DNA of 64,000 nucleotides from Candidatus Zixiibacteriota bacterium. Its GTDB lineage: Bacteria; Zixibacteria; MSB-5A5; UBA10806; 4484-95. Positions 29,409 through 38,663 of this stretch are shown here, in pieces (position 1 is the stretch's first letter; each line of letters begins with the position of its first letter). The position numbers and the translations under genes were made by a program. The DNA lies in the NCBI GenBank assembly GCA_037441845.1, contig JBBIRK010000001.1, forward strand, positions 128,001 through 192,000. Direction: 5' to 3'. The notes beneath the pieces were generated by a model, which worked only from the letters and a program-made list of their open reading frames with translations, ran no database searches and was not told where the DNA came from.

Positions 29409-30536
29409 ATGAATATGCAACCGGTCAGAATCGCTCCCCATGTTCTCGATATTCCCGATCCGAACACTGCATCGCTCGATCGTTTTAACTCTATATGCGG
29501 GAAGTCGGAAGTGGAAACCAACATAGGCAAGTCAGAAGAGCCGCTATCGGCCCGTATCGGCGATGCCGTTATGAGACTCGTATCATCGAATATGATTTTT
29601 TCACCTCCGGATCGGCTGGCCACGCGACTGAGAAAGCAGCTTTCAATCTACGACGATATCGGCCACGAGTTTATCAGATGTTATTCAGGAAACGCCGCCG
29701 CTTTGACGGCGATCTTTCAAACCTATCTCGGCCGCGACATTGAAGCGGTGATTATCGCTCATGCCGAGGACACCGTTATGAGAACAGCTATGGCGACGGG
29801 CGCAAATATCCGTTATACCGAGCACGAAAATCCGTTCGAACCGCGGGTCGATGAAATCATCCGATCGATGTCGCCCAAAACAAGGATCGTCTTTATGGCA
29901 AATCCGACCTGGCCAACCGGGGCGATCTGGAGCGCGGCGGAACTGATTTTTCTGCTTTCTTACGGTCAGAACACCATGTTCGTCGTCGATGAATCCTATT
30001 TCGAATTCAGCGGAGTCACCATGTTGCCTTTGGTTGACAAATTTCCGAATTTGGCAGTTATAAGATCGCTTTCACCTGCTATCGGATTGGCGGGCGCCGA
30101 TTTGTCCTATGTCATTTCCGATTGCATCAACTGGCAATATATCGATAGAATCGGGATCGGGTTTTATCCTAACTCTTTCGCTCAGGCGGCCTTTGAAGCC
30201 GTTTTGAACGACTTGCATTTCGTGAAAAGACGGATCGAATCGATCAGGCTCGCAAACAAGCTGCTGGCGGACAAGCTAACCACCGCCGGTTATAAAGTAA
30301 TCGAGACTCCTTGCGATTATTTACTTGTGGAAATCGACAGCCTCGATGCATTACGCCATGAACTGCCTGCTGATTCGTTCCGTTACCGCAAGCTGGATGA
30401 GATCGAGGGGTTGGAACGGTATCTGATCGTCCAATCGACATGTGAAATCGAAACTGCAGCGATACCAATTGTGATCGATTCCAAGCGCACTTATAACCTA
30501 CTGACCACCGAGCGATTGTCGCGATCCAATCTTTAA
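29409..30536 (+). CDS. HisC/CobD-like class I/II PLP-fold protein lacking the Schiff-base Lys
   Basis: ANPTWPTG and VDESYFEF present, but RSLSPAIGLAGADLSY replaces canonical RTFSKxxGLAGxRxGY. Start ATG 29409 has a GAGG SD. Confidence 0.7.
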   Translation: MNMQPVRIAPHVLDIPDPNTASLDRFNSICGKSEVETNIGKSEEPLSARIGDAVMRLVSSNMIFSPPDRLATRLRKQLSIYDDIGHEFIRCYSGNAAALTAIFQTYLGRDIEAVIIAHAEDTVMRTAMATGANIRYTEHENPFEPRVDEIIRSMSPKTRIVFMANPTWPTGAIWSAAELIFLLSYGQNTMFVVDESYFEFSGVTMLPLVDKFPNLAVIRSLSPAIGLAGADLSYVISDCINWQYIDRIGIGFYPNSFAQAAFEAVLNDLHFVKRRIESIRLANKLLADKLTTAGYKVIETPCDYLLVEIDSLDALRHELPADSFRYRKLDEIEGLERYLIVQSTCEIETAAIPIVIDSKRTYNLLTTERLSRSNL

Positions 30537-30856
30537 GAAGCGGCTGACGTAACTAAAATCGAGATAGAAAAATCCGGAACGATACAATAATCCCGAGCGA
30601 TTGGTATTAGTTTCCGGCTTTCGGCCATTATTTCAAACCGGCGTCAATGCTGTGCGCCGTATCCCCAACTGTCAGTATCGTTTTGCATGCGCTGGCAATA
30701 AGACCCATTTCACGAACGCGGTGATACTGGGATCAATCCCTACGCGCCCGCGATTCTGTTTCGCTCTTTGTCCTCAAATGTTTCAATTGTAAACATTAGC
30801 CGGTACATGCCGAATATTATATTAGTCCGAATAATCAAAACCCGGGGCGACTTTTG

Positions 30857-32278
30857 ATGATTGGGAATCAGATGAACCAGCTTCGCCGCCTATTGCTGAT
30901 TGTGGATTTGGCTATTGTGGCGGCAGGCACAGGCATCGCCTTTGGAACATACCCCTTCGGCGATTATAACGACCCCAATCGCATCACTTATAGCAACATC
31001 GTTCTAGTATCCGTCATATGCTGGGGATTGGCGCTCTGGAACCAAAAAGCCTGCTATTCGTTCAGATTCAGATCGCCAAAAGATATGATCCGACCTATCA
31101 TAACTGCCTCGTCCATAAGCATCGCGGGATTGTTCGCCTATCTTTATTATTTGGATTTGCCTATAGAAGGCCGCTTACGCTTGTTTGCGTTTCTGGCGCT
31201 CATCGTCATATCAATAATTTTAATCAGATTCGCGATTCACTCTCTGCTCGGGTATTACCGGGGTCGAAGCAAAAATATCCACCGCGTATTGATAGTAGGT
31301 GATGGTAAACGGGCGCGGTCGGCATCCGATATGATAAAGGCCAATCCCCAATGGGGGGCAAAGATAATTGGTTTCATCGATGCCGATCACGTCGCCGATT
31401 TCAAACTTTGGCCGCTCAGGAGAATCAACGACATCCCGGTTATCGGGAATCTCGATATATTGCCCCACTATATCAAGCCCAGGCGAATCGATTGGATAAT
31501 ATTCGCAGCCGAAAACAACAATAGCGAGCATGTGCAAAAGGCGATCGACGAGTGCCATCTGATGGGAATAAAGACCATCCAGATCGCGGATAAGCCGGTG
31601 CGTCCGGCAATCAGGAAAACGATCGTGGAAATCGACAATCAGATGATGATCATCTCCGACCCGCAGCCGGCCGCTTCCCTTTCGCTTTCACTGAAGAATC
31701 TCTTGGATAAATGCCTGGCTGTTTGCGGATTGATAGTGACTCTTCCGCTTATGGCGGTGATCGCTCTTTTGATAAAAATCAGCTCTCCCGGACCGATTCT
31801 GTTCAAACAGAAACGATTGGGGCTGCATGGCAGGACGTTCGTGCTTTACAAATTCAGAACCATGGTTCGCGGTGCCGATAAACTCAAGAAAGCCCTGCTG
31901 TCTAAAAACGAAATGGACGGACCCGTGTTCAAAATCAAGAACGATCCGAGGGTAACCGCTCTGGGCAGATTTCTCAGGAAATCATCGCTTGATGAGCTGC
32001 CCCAGCTTTTCAATGTATTAAAGGGCGATATGTCAATCGTCGGTCCGCGGCCGCCCTTGGCCGGGGAGGTAAAGAAATTCGAGCCTTGGCAGAGGCGCAA
32101 ATTATCGGTGAAACCCGGAATCACATGCCTTTGGCAAATAAACGGAAGAAACCATATCAAATTTCAAGACTGGCTGAAAATGGATCTCGAATATATCGAC
32201 AATTGGTCACTCTGGCTCGATTTCAAGATCATGGCGCGAACCATCCCCGCCGTGTTGACCAGGCGAGGCGCCTATTAA
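30857..32278 (+). CDS. Undecaprenyl-phosphate sugar phosphotransferase (WcaJ/WbaP-like priming transferase)
   Basis: Four N-terminal TM helices, RVLIVG, then KFRTM, DPRVT, RKSSLDELPQLFNVLKGDMSIVGPRP, KPGIT and DLEYIDNWS motifs. Confidence 0.92.
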   Translation: MIGNQMNQLRRLLLIVDLAIVAAGTGIAFGTYPFGDYNDPNRITYSNIVLVSVICWGLALWNQKACYSFRFRSPKDMIRPIITASSISIAGLFAYLYYLDLPIEGRLRLFAFLALIVISIILIRFAIHSLLGYYRGRSKNIHRVLIVGDGKRARSASDMIKANPQWGAKIIGFIDADHVADFKLWPLRRINDIPVIGNLDILPHYIKPRRIDWIIFAAENNNSEHVQKAIDECHLMGIKTIQIADKPVRPAIRKTIVEIDNQMMIISDPQPAASLSLSLKNLLDKCLAVCGLIVTLPLMAVIALLIKISSPGPILFKQKRLGLHGRTFVLYKFRTMVRGADKLKKALLSKNEMDGPVFKIKNDPRVTALGRFLRKSSLDELPQLFNVLKGDMSIVGPRPPLAGEVKKFEPWQRRKLSVKPGITCLWQINGRNHIKFQDWLKMDLEYIDNWSLWLDFKIMARTIPAVLTRRGAY

Positions 32279-32289
32279 GCAGGTCGAAT

Positions 32290-33297
32290 ATGGCTGAAAT
32301 CCTGGTGGTAGATAACAATAAATGCATTACCGAACTTATCAGGGAGGTTCTGGGGAGCGACGGTCATAATGTGGCTACTGCGCAGACTGGAAATCAGGCG
32401 GAGGAGCTATTCAATTCCAAGGATTTCGACGTGGCTTTCATAGACATCGGCCTCCCGGACGCCAACGGCCTTAGCCTAATATCGAAAATCAGACAAATCA
32501 ATCCCGACACGAAAGCGGTAGTAGTCTCAGGCAAATCGGACAATGACACGATCATCAAATCGTTCCGTGCCGGCGCCGCCGATTACCTGTTGAAACCGTT
32601 CGATATCGACGATCTGCTTCGACTTGCCGGCTCACGGCGGGATATCCAACCCATAGACGAGATCCTCCCTTATCGGAAAACGACTCACAATCCAAAGAGA
32701 CTGCCCCGATTCCTGCTGAAAATTGCAGGACATCTTGTGCCGCCTGCTATGATGGCGGCTGCCCTCTTGATCAAATTCCAGCTTCTCCCGATGCCGGATA
32801 TCCAGAAAGAAAATGCGGCCATGAAAATCATTTTGCAACTGGCTTCGTTTATCTGTTGCTACGGATTCGTGATTTCAACCGCAGGATACTGGGTAAAATT
32901 TTTGAATTCAAAAGACTCTTTCGGGCACAAGTTGATATCGACCACTCTTGCCCATATATTGTTCCTGGTCGTCCTGTATTTTGCCAATCCCTATATCGAT
33001 GCACGTGAAGTGTTGGCGATGTCGTGGTCGGCCTCGGTGGCATTTTATTATATAGGTCAATCATCCAGGATTTCATCCTTTATACGAAACCTGATTGCAG
33101 CCAGGGAAGGACGCCACAGGCTCATTTTTGGAATTTCGTCGTCCGATGATTTACGCAAACGAGGTGATAATCCCGATCCCACCCAAAAGCAGCAATCGGC
33201 TCCGGATAAAGGATACGCAACATACATGACAAAGCGGCTCGACGTCGAACAGGAGGTCCCGGCCCGGCGGGAAGACAAAGTCCCGCTTTCGGTGTAA
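32290..33297 (+). CDS. Response-regulator receiver domain fused to a multi-TM domain
   Basis: ILVVDN, FIDIGLPDANG, VVSG and GAADYLLKPF, followed by about four hydrophobic helices. Start ATG 32290. Confidence 0.75.
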   Translation: MAEILVVDNNKCITELIREVLGSDGHNVATAQTGNQAEELFNSKDFDVAFIDIGLPDANGLSLISKIRQINPDTKAVVVSGKSDNDTIIKSFRAGAADYLLKPFDIDDLLRLAGSRRDIQPIDEILPYRKTTHNPKRLPRFLLKIAGHLVPPAMMAAALLIKFQLLPMPDIQKENAAMKIILQLASFICCYGFVISTAGYWVKFLNSKDSFGHKLISTTLAHILFLVVLYFANPYIDAREVLAMSWSASVAFYYIGQSSRISSFIRNLIAAREGRHRLIFGISSSDDLRKRGDNPDPTQKQQSAPDKGYATYMTKRLDVEQEVPARREDKVPLSV

Positions 33298-33307
33298 CAA
33301 GTCGGTC

Positions 33308-34807
33308 ATGCGTGGATTTTATACTTTACTTATAACCTTCATCATTTTCGACCATGCCGGGGCAATACCAACAGGCAGGCTCGATACCGAAACCGCCAAT
33401 CTTTTCTTAAGAGAATTATATCTGCGAGGAGGAATTTCCGCCGGAAACGCCTTGCTATTGCCGACGGAGGGGAAATATCAAAATGAATCGGATGCTTCGT
33501 TCGGAACCGAAAAAATCCTTAAACAGACGATAGCTCTGAATTACGAGCGTTTCGCCGCCGCCGATAAAATCCTTCAACCAGGACTTTCGGTCATAGGTCA
33601 CGGCCATTTCGGAAAAGATTTCAACAAGGCATATTGGCAGTTCTTCCCGGAAATTTCCTATGGTATAGCAAAAAACATCAGCCTTCGCGTTGACTATCGT
33701 ATCGATTCGAAGCTCGCTGGAGATTCCGATTATGCGGGGAAAAAATGGAAAGGCTGGGCCGGCTACGCCGAAAATGCGACCGTCGGATACATCACCAAGA
33801 GGCTTTCGATAGATCTGGGTCGGCGACGAACCAATTGGGGTATCGGGCGACAATCCAACTCGCTTTTTGTCTCGTCATCGGCGATGCCGATGGACGGCTT
33901 GTTTATGCGGTACCGATTCAATGAACATATCGAGTTGGCGTGGATAACCACTTTTTTATCGCCAACTATCGATTCCGTCGGTTTGCCTGCTTCAGAAAAC
34001 CGATATTTATCCGCCCATGCTTTGATAGTTTCTCCTTTCGACTGGTGCGACATTATGCTGAAAGAATCGGTGGTTTACGGCGGGCCGGGACGTCGCCCTG
34101 AGCTTTATTATGCTTTTCCTCTGCTATGGTATCATGCGGAACAGCTCAATCAGGACCGTGATGATAACACCTTCGTCGGCTTGGGCGCCGTGTTCAAAAT
34201 GCCCGGCAGAGCCGCGCTATATTTCGACTTATTGATTGATGACCTGCAAATCGAAAAACGAACCGCCTTCGATCGGGAACCATCGGAATATGCCTTCTCG
34301 GGAGGAGTATGCCTATTCGATTTTCCGGTGGAATCAACCAATCTCGAGCTGACCTATGATCTTATCACAAACCGCACCTATAATCAGATTCGAACCTACA
34401 ATCGCTATGAAAACGAAGGAGTTCCGATCGGCGACAGCCTAGGTCCGGACCATGATCGAATCGGGGTATTTTACGACTGGCATTTTTCCAGTTATATGCA
34501 CATTGCCGCATCGGTGACATTCCAGAGGCGAGGCGAGGGGAGGCTAACCGGAGATTGGACAACGCCATGGCTCGATTCACCAGGATATAAAGAAGCTTTT
34601 CCCTCGGGAATTGTGGAAAAAACAACCCGGGCTAATCTGGGGCTCCATGTCCAAAAAAACCGCTATTGGCAAAGTAAGTTGGCGCTCGAATTTGTCGATA
34701 TAAAAAATGATAATAATATCCGTGGCGAAGACCGGAGAACCTGGGGATTATATTACAATATAGTCTGCGATCTGCCACGAATAAGCTGGAGGATTGACGA
34801 TGAATAA
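33308..34807 (+). CDS. Capsule assembly Wzi-like outer-membrane protein
   Basis: Signal peptide; LGRRRTNWG, RYLSAH, DDNTF, LYFDLLIDD, PIGDSLGPD and FPSGIVEK motifs; within the EPS locus. Confidence 0.7.
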   Translation: MRGFYTLLITFIIFDHAGAIPTGRLDTETANLFLRELYLRGGISAGNALLLPTEGKYQNESDASFGTEKILKQTIALNYERFAAADKILQPGLSVIGHGHFGKDFNKAYWQFFPEISYGIAKNISLRVDYRIDSKLAGDSDYAGKKWKGWAGYAENATVGYITKRLSIDLGRRRTNWGIGRQSNSLFVSSSAMPMDGLFMRYRFNEHIELAWITTFLSPTIDSVGLPASENRYLSAHALIVSPFDWCDIMLKESVVYGGPGRRPELYYAFPLLWYHAEQLNQDRDDNTFVGLGAVFKMPGRAALYFDLLIDDLQIEKRTAFDREPSEYAFSGGVCLFDFPVESTNLELTYDLITNRTYNQIRTYNRYENEGVPIGDSLGPDHDRIGVFYDWHFSSYMHIAASVTFQRRGEGRLTGDWTTPWLDSPGYKEAFPSGIVEKTTRANLGLHVQKNRYWQSKLALEFVDIKNDNNIRGEDRRTWGLYYNIVCDLPRISWRIDDE

Positions 34808-36647
34808 GAAGCTGCCGGTAACGATGGTTGCCATTGCAATGTTATTTATCTCCACGGCCAGGGCCAATCTCGAGGTGAATGCCGGGGCACGCGGCGAGGG
34901 GATCGGATTCGCCTATAGCGCAATCGCCGACGATGCTTTCGGCGTTCTACACAACCCAGCCGGAATCGCATTCTCCCAGGGCTGGCAGGTCCAGCTTCAA
35001 TATCTCCGTCCCACCGAATACGGATATTCCGCATATCTTGAATCGCCCTACTCGGGCCTGGCGGCCATCCGCTTTCACGATGAGCGGTTCGGTGCTTTGG
35101 CTTTTAACGCATTCCAATCCGGCTCGACGGCTGAACCCACATCGATAACGACCATCAACGCGGTCAATTTGGGATATGCGCGGAAACTGGCATCGTTCGC
35201 CGCATTCGGTCTGGGAACGAAATATCAATTCGAAACCAACTACGGTAAACGAAAAGCGTTCGATCTGGATTTGGGAGTCAATATAAATCCGACACCCAAT
35301 TTCACTCTTGCTCTTGCCGGGGAAAATATCCTTAGAAGCGAAATGACACCGACCTGGCTGAACCAAGAGGCCCATCTCGATCGTAAAGCGCGCGCCAGCG
35401 TCGCATTCGGCATTCCATTCGGCAACAACCTCGGATTCTTGCTGGCCGGGTATCAGGCGGCCGAGACCCAAGGACAAAGTACCCGCTGGAATTCATTGTA
35501 TAATTTCGGAAGCGAGTGGTGGTTCGGCATACTTTCCAAAGTAAGTTTCGGATTGCGCGGCGGATATGCTTTCGGGAAAGCCGAATATAACTCCACCACC
35601 GGCGATTATAAGCGCATTCATGCGGGAGTTTCCTTCAACCTCGATTTGGGCGGAAGAGATATGCGTTTGGATTACGGCCTTCGCACGTTCCCCTTCGAGT
35701 CCGATGAAAATTTCGCCGTCGATCAGTTCATCTCATTTAGTTATGGATTCGGCGGCGTGCCCCAACAAAATCGCAAGACCAAACAGGATTTTGCCGATAT
35801 ACAAACACCGTCATTCGAACCGACAAAGCCGCCTGACAAACAACCCGTCGGCATGAAATCCGTTCCCGTCGAAATCAAGCCGCAGGCTATACCCGCTCCC
35901 GTTTCCGAATCACCGAAACCAACCACGGTCAGCGAGCCGGACTTGACGATAAAACCGACGGCGTTGCCCGAGACAGCCAAGCCGATGACTGAACCGACAC
36001 CGACACAATTCGAGCCAAAACCAGTTGCTGCAACCGGTGCCGTCCCCGAAACCCCGAAATCGCCGAAGATCGGTGAGCCCGATCAGACCGCCAAGAAGGC
36101 GGCCGCGCCCGAAACGGCGCTCCCGACAACCGAACAGCTCCCGAAGCCGACTGCGCCAGTGGAGGAAGCAAAACCGGTCGTCGAGCCGCCTCCGGTCCTT
36201 GAGGTAGCCGGGATCGACGAGGTGCAGACGGTAGAGCCTACGAAAAATATGCCACCCCCGATAATTGAAAATATGCAACCGGCAAAAATAGAACCGAATC
36301 CGGCCGACTATATGAAATTGGCGGTCAGCCTCGATGTGTCGGATATCAGCATGATGGGCGAAAAGCGGATCGTTTTCTATATCAGGCCGGAACGAGTGGT
36401 GAAATTGACATCCTGGAAACTGTATATACTCAAATCCAAACTGAAAGACTGGTCGGAATCGAAACTGGAAGCGGACGCCATACATTATATCGAGGGCAAA
36501 GGGATACCACCGATCAACGTAATCTGGAACGGGACGCTCAGAAACGGCGGCCATGCCCCTGCCGGGAAATATCATTTCATTTTAACGGGAATCGATAAAA
36601 CCGGCCAAAGGTATATCTCCGGCTGGTGCAAATTCGGTCTGAATTAA
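34800..36647 (+). CDS. PorV/FadL-like barrel with Pro-rich linker and FlgD-Ig-like C-terminal domain
   Basis: GARGEGIGFAYSAIADDA...HNPAG N-terminal motif; beta-strands ending ISFSYGFG; roughly 170-aa P/T/E/K-rich linker; IWNG..NGG..PAGKY motif. Confidence 0.6.
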   Translation: MNKKLPVTMVAIAMLFISTARANLEVNAGARGEGIGFAYSAIADDAFGVLHNPAGIAFSQGWQVQLQYLRPTEYGYSAYLESPYSGLAAIRFHDERFGALAFNAFQSGSTAEPTSITTINAVNLGYARKLASFAAFGLGTKYQFETNYGKRKAFDLDLGVNINPTPNFTLALAGENILRSEMTPTWLNQEAHLDRKARASVAFGIPFGNNLGFLLAGYQAAETQGQSTRWNSLYNFGSEWWFGILSKVSFGLRGGYAFGKAEYNSTTGDYKRIHAGVSFNLDLGGRDMRLDYGLRTFPFESDENFAVDQFISFSYGFGGVPQQNRKTKQDFADIQTPSFEPTKPPDKQPVGMKSVPVEIKPQAIPAPVSESPKPTTVSEPDLTIKPTALPETAKPMTEPTPTQFEPKPVAATGAVPETPKSPKIGEPDQTAKKAAAPETALPTTEQLPKPTAPVEEAKPVVEPPPVLEVAGIDEVQTVEPTKNMPPPIIENMQPAKIEPNPADYMKLAVSLDVSDISMMGEKRIVFYIRPERVVKLTSWKLYILKSKLKDWSESKLEADAIHYIEGKGIPPINVIWNGTLRNGGHAPAGKYHFILTGIDKTGQRYISGWCKFGLN

Positions 36648-36666
36648 GCAAAGAATTTTATATTTC

Positions 36667-36700
36667 AAGCGGCGGTCGATTGTCGGCCGCCGTTTTTGTT
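36667..36700 (+). terminator. Intrinsic terminator
   Basis: GCGGCGGTCGA-ttg-TCGGCCGCCGT hairpin followed by TTTTGTTT. Confidence 0.7.
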
Positions 36701-36743
36701 TGCACCTTATTCAAAATATGGTGCTCGGCTGCATACAAACCGA

Positions 36744-36974
36744 TCAGGTCTTTTTCTTAGGAGGCAGCGCCCTGGCTTTCACCTGTGAGGTAAAGCCGAC
36801 TCGTTTGTGCGAGCCGTCGCAAAACGGCTTATCTTGCGATTGACCGCAGCGGCAGAGCCAGATTTCGGTCCTGCCTCCGAGATCGAAAATCCGCCCTTCG
36901 GCATCGACAAGTTCGAATTCTCCCTCGATATGCAGCGAGCCGTTATCATTGGGAGTTATCCGGCAACGATTCAT
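36744..36974 (-). CDS. CDGSH iron-sulfur domain protein
   Basis: LCRCGQSQDKPFCDGSH; ATG 36974 with AAGGAGG SD. Confidence 0.92.
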   Translation of the reverse strand: MNRCRITPNDNGSLHIEGEFELVDAEGRIFDLGGRTEIWLCRCGQSQDKPFCDGSHKRVGFTSQVKARALPPKKKT

Positions 36975-37046
36975 ACGATCCTCCTTGATTTGCATGCTTA
37001 CTTCCGACCGGCGGAGCCTCAATTAACCGCTTGCAGCTGGTCGGTT

Positions 37047-37820
37047 TTACATGGAATCCACCACAGCGGCCAGATTCTTTATGACCGCCAGGTAATTATC
37101 GAATAGAATTTCCAGCGTGGCGGTCGATTCTTCCAATTCTCCTCGCTTTAATTTCCAGACCTCGCCCAGCGGCGCCGTATCGATTCCGTAATCTTCCTCT
37201 ATTAGTTTCAGCAGCGCCGTTACGCTTGCCGGCGGCGTATGCCCCTTCAGCCGAATCATCCCCCGGCAGGCGGTCAGTATCGAAACGATCGATCCGGCTA
37301 TGAGTTGATGCAGCGAATCCCTATCACCTGGAATCTGGACGAACCCCCGCCGCAGGTGAATTAGTTTGCCTTTGAACTCCACCTCGCACTGATGACGCAA
37401 ATTCTTCATCTCGATCTGTGCGCCTTCAAGCGGATCCATTCCATAAAGACAAACATGATTTTCCTTCATATCGGAAAATTCGAGCGGAAAAGTGTCGAGC
37501 GATGTCGGAATATGGTCTCTTCTGAATATCAGCGGCGCAACCAATCCCGACTTGCGATAACGCCGGCCGATATCCCTTATCGCATTTAGTTCCGCTGTCG
37601 ATATCTTTTCCAATATGAGCACCGTATTTATATCCGAGACACCTTCCTTAAAATAATCTACTGAGTCATCGGCCGATTTGCGGGCCGCGGAACCATAAAG
37701 CAAAAGGGAAATCAAGTTGTCACCGAATGCTTTGATCAGATCACGGCAGAAACCCTCGATGGCGCGCCTGCTTTTCTCCGGAAGATGGGCAAGTTTGGTT
37801 TCCATATCATTTTCGGCCAT
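37047..37820 (-). CDS. Nucleotidyltransferase-fold protein
   Basis: LYGSAAR...SDIN polymerase-beta-like motif, plus DTFPLEF and LRHQCE. Confidence 0.7.
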   Translation of the reverse strand: MAENDMETKLAHLPEKSRRAIEGFCRDLIKAFGDNLISLLLYGSAARKSADDSVDYFKEGVSDINTVLILEKISTAELNAIRDIGRRYRKSGLVAPLIFRRDHIPTSLDTFPLEFSDMKENHVCLYGMDPLEGAQIEMKNLRHQCEVEFKGKLIHLRRGFVQIPGDRDSLHQLIAGSIVSILTACRGMIRLKGHTPPASVTALLKLIEEDYGIDTAPLGEVWKLKRGELEESTATLEILFDNYLAVIKNLAAVVDSM

Positions 37821-37832
37821 GACATCCCTCCT

Positions 37833-38582
37833 CTATTCTTCCCCCTGGACTTCTTTGATTATTCGCACTATAAGGGGCATTATTTCACCTGATTTTCCTC
37901 TGATGGTCAAATCGCAGATCGCGGAAATTTCGCTCGGTTCGGGGTTGATTTCGACCACGAAGGCGCCGTTTTGTTTGGCCATGAACGGCAACGACGCGGC
38001 CGGCTGAACCGCCGCCGAGGTGCCGATACTGAAGAAAAGGTCGCAATCCCGGGCGGCCGCTATCGAGGCGGATAGCTCTTGCTCGGGAAGCATCTCGCCG
38101 AACCAGACGACGTCGGGACGCAGACTTCCTCCGCATTGACATATCGGCGGAAATTGAACGTAATCGTCCCGATAATCGGTCCGGTTGCATTTCAAACAGC
38201 GGTTCCTCCTTATATTGCCATGGAGCTCGTAAACTTGAGGCGAACCGGCCAGCTCATGTAAACCATCGACGTTCTGAGTTATAAGGGTGAATCTCTTGAA
38301 ATACCCCGCCATCTCCGCCAGCGCGTAATGCCCCGGGTTCGGCTTAACCTTTTTTATCAAGTCGCGTCGGTAATTATACCACTCCCAAACCAATCCAGGA
38401 TTGGCCATGAACGCCTCGAACGTGGCCAATTCTTCCGGCCTGAACTTTTTCCAGAGACCATCGGCGCCGCGAAACGTCGGCACTCCGGATTCCGCCGATA
38501 TGCCTGCGCCCGTCAGCACCGCTGTATGCCTTGCTCGTTTCAGCACGGCCCTGAATTCTCGATGATCGATTTCATCTATCAT
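37833..38582 (-). CDS. cobB: NAD-dependent protein deacylase (sirtuin)
   Basis: GAGISAESGVPTFRG, TQNVDGLH, ELHG, Zn CxxC/CxC, RPDVVWFGE and GTSAAVQPAA motifs. Confidence 0.93.
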   Translation of the reverse strand: MIDEIDHREFRAVLKRARHTAVLTGAGISAESGVPTFRGADGLWKKFRPEELATFEAFMANPGLVWEWYNYRRDLIKKVKPNPGHYALAEMAGYFKRFTLITQNVDGLHELAGSPQVYELHGNIRRNRCLKCNRTDYRDDYVQFPPICQCGGSLRPDVVWFGEMLPEQELSASIAAARDCDLFFSIGTSAAVQPAASLPFMAKQNGAFVVEINPEPSEISAICDLTIRGKSGEIMPLIVRIIKEVQGEE

Positions 38583-38663
38583 ACGATTATGATAGTTATA
38601 TGGACCAGAGCAGTCAAGCTTACAGGTTATCGATTTCGAGCGATTCGCAAGAGGGTTGATTTC

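Noticed and set aside
32086..32289. N-terminal extension of the response regulator overlapping the sugar transferase
   Set aside because: The REC domain starts at ATG 32290; the upstream part is an alternate frame of the WcaJ-like gene.
35760..36300. Pro/Thr/Glu-rich low-complexity stretch as a possible repeat array
   Set aside because: No exact DNA repeat unit; it is a coding linker.
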